Virus record (IMG/VR): IMGVR_UViG_3300027874_000157
Span: 1-44,255 of that record
Strand: one strand, 5' to 3'
DNA from: a virus
Taxonomy: Duplodnaviria; Caudoviricetes
DNA length: 44,255 bases
The notes under the pieces are model-generated. The model did not search any database and was not told the DNA's origin. It saw nothing but the letters and a program-made list of their open reading frames with translations. The position numbers and the translations under genes were made by a program. Below are positions 43,567-44,255 of the stretch, in pieces. Within the stretch, counting starts at the first letter, position 1. Each line of letters opens with the position of its first letter.

Positions 43567-44255
43567 AGATACCTCAAGCTGGAAATTTTGTAGCCGCGCA
43601 GATCGCCAATGCGGGTGCCGCGCAGGCGGGCAATAATCCCGTACACGGTCAGGATGCGGAACTGAGTCGCCTGGAAATTGATCTGATAACCAGTCGGCAG
43701 GAACTGCTCTTGATAATCGAAGAACGCCACCTCGCTGACGGTCTCGTCGGGCAACTCGATTGCCATGCTGCCTGGGAAGGCAACCGCGTCCATCATCACC
43801 TTCTCGATGTGAGCGGGATCCGGACGGTAGGCCGCGCCATCCAGGCGATGAATGACCAGGCGAGCGTCCACGGTGCCGGTGAAGTCCCGCTTGAAGGCGG
43901 GCACCACACGCTCGTGGATGGCGATGATCTCGATGACTGGCGTGTCTGTCGACGTGCTGTTGGACAGCGAGCACTTCAGCGATAGCGCGTTGCCGGCCAG
44001 GTTGGATGGGGCAGGGATGCGCTGCCCGTTGCTGGTGAACTCGTCCAGGAGTAGCCAGTTACCGCTCGGATCGGTGGCTGGTCCGCCAGCTGAGGCGATG
44101 ACGCGGTAGTACAGTGTCGCCTCATCGCCCACGCGCATGACCGGCCCGAACAGGCTGAAACCCAGCCAGTGCTTGGTATCGGCCTGGAACATGGCGTGAT
44201 GCATGGGCAGGACCAACTCGCTGGTGCCCAGCGTGAACTCGGCGCCGCTGTTCGG
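43563..44255 (-). CDS. Tail nozzle protein, 3' part (continuation of 1-1624)
   Basis: Same reading frame and protein sequence as positions 1-268; stop at 43563. Confidence 0.7.
   Translation of the reverse strand, partial: PNSGAEFTLGTSELVLPMHHAMFQADTKHWLGFSLFGPVMRVGDEATLYYRVIASAGGPATDPSGNWLLLDEFTSNGQRIPAPSNLAGNALSLKCSLSNSTSTDTPVIEIIAIHERVVPAFKRDFTGTVDARLVIHRLDGAAYRPDPAHIEKVMMDAVAFPGSMAIELPDETVSEVAFFDYQEQFLPTGYQINFQATQFRILTVYGIIARLRGTRIGDLRGYKISSLRYL
43988..44255. repeat. Terminal overlap, right copy
   Basis: Matches 1-268 at 259 of 268 positions. Confidence 0.95.

Noticed and set aside
43988-44255. True direct terminal repeat of a T7-like genome
   Set aside because: It falls mid-gene, carries synonymous mismatches, and the terminase looks headful-type.

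Overview
The window is an apparently complete, circularly permuted ~44.0 kb high-GC temperate phage genome with podovirus-type morphogenesis genes. Bases 1-268 recur at 43988-44255 with 9 synonymous mismatches. A long minus-strand late block runs terS, terL, an inserted tail-fibre/chaperone pair, portal, ejection proteins (including a ~2340-aa polyvalent protein), scaffold, major capsid protein, adaptor, tail fibre and nozzle (spanning the window junction), then more tail genes and lysis. The remainder is a minus-strand replication/recombination block with an iteron origin, a tyrosine integrase followed by small accessory genes, and a candidate attP at ~41.1-41.3 kb. The most striking feature is the plus-strand operon at 24.7-29.0 kb. 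It has a sigma70-type promoter containing a palindromic operator, an rrn-like boxB/boxA element, a ~340-nt structured non-coding leader, and two type II hammerhead ribozymes (25044-25101 and 27221-27276). The ribozymes bracket a C5-cytosine methyltransferase and separate it from a TGT/DpdA-like gene, and most genes share a GAGGAGCAATCTC initiation motif. Also notable are a probable +1 'shifty-stop' frameshift building the lysin, strong over-representation of CAGCTG, and duplicated fibre-tip domains and fibre chaperones. All protein calls come from motifs and synteny read by eye. The host cannot be determined from the sequence alone.
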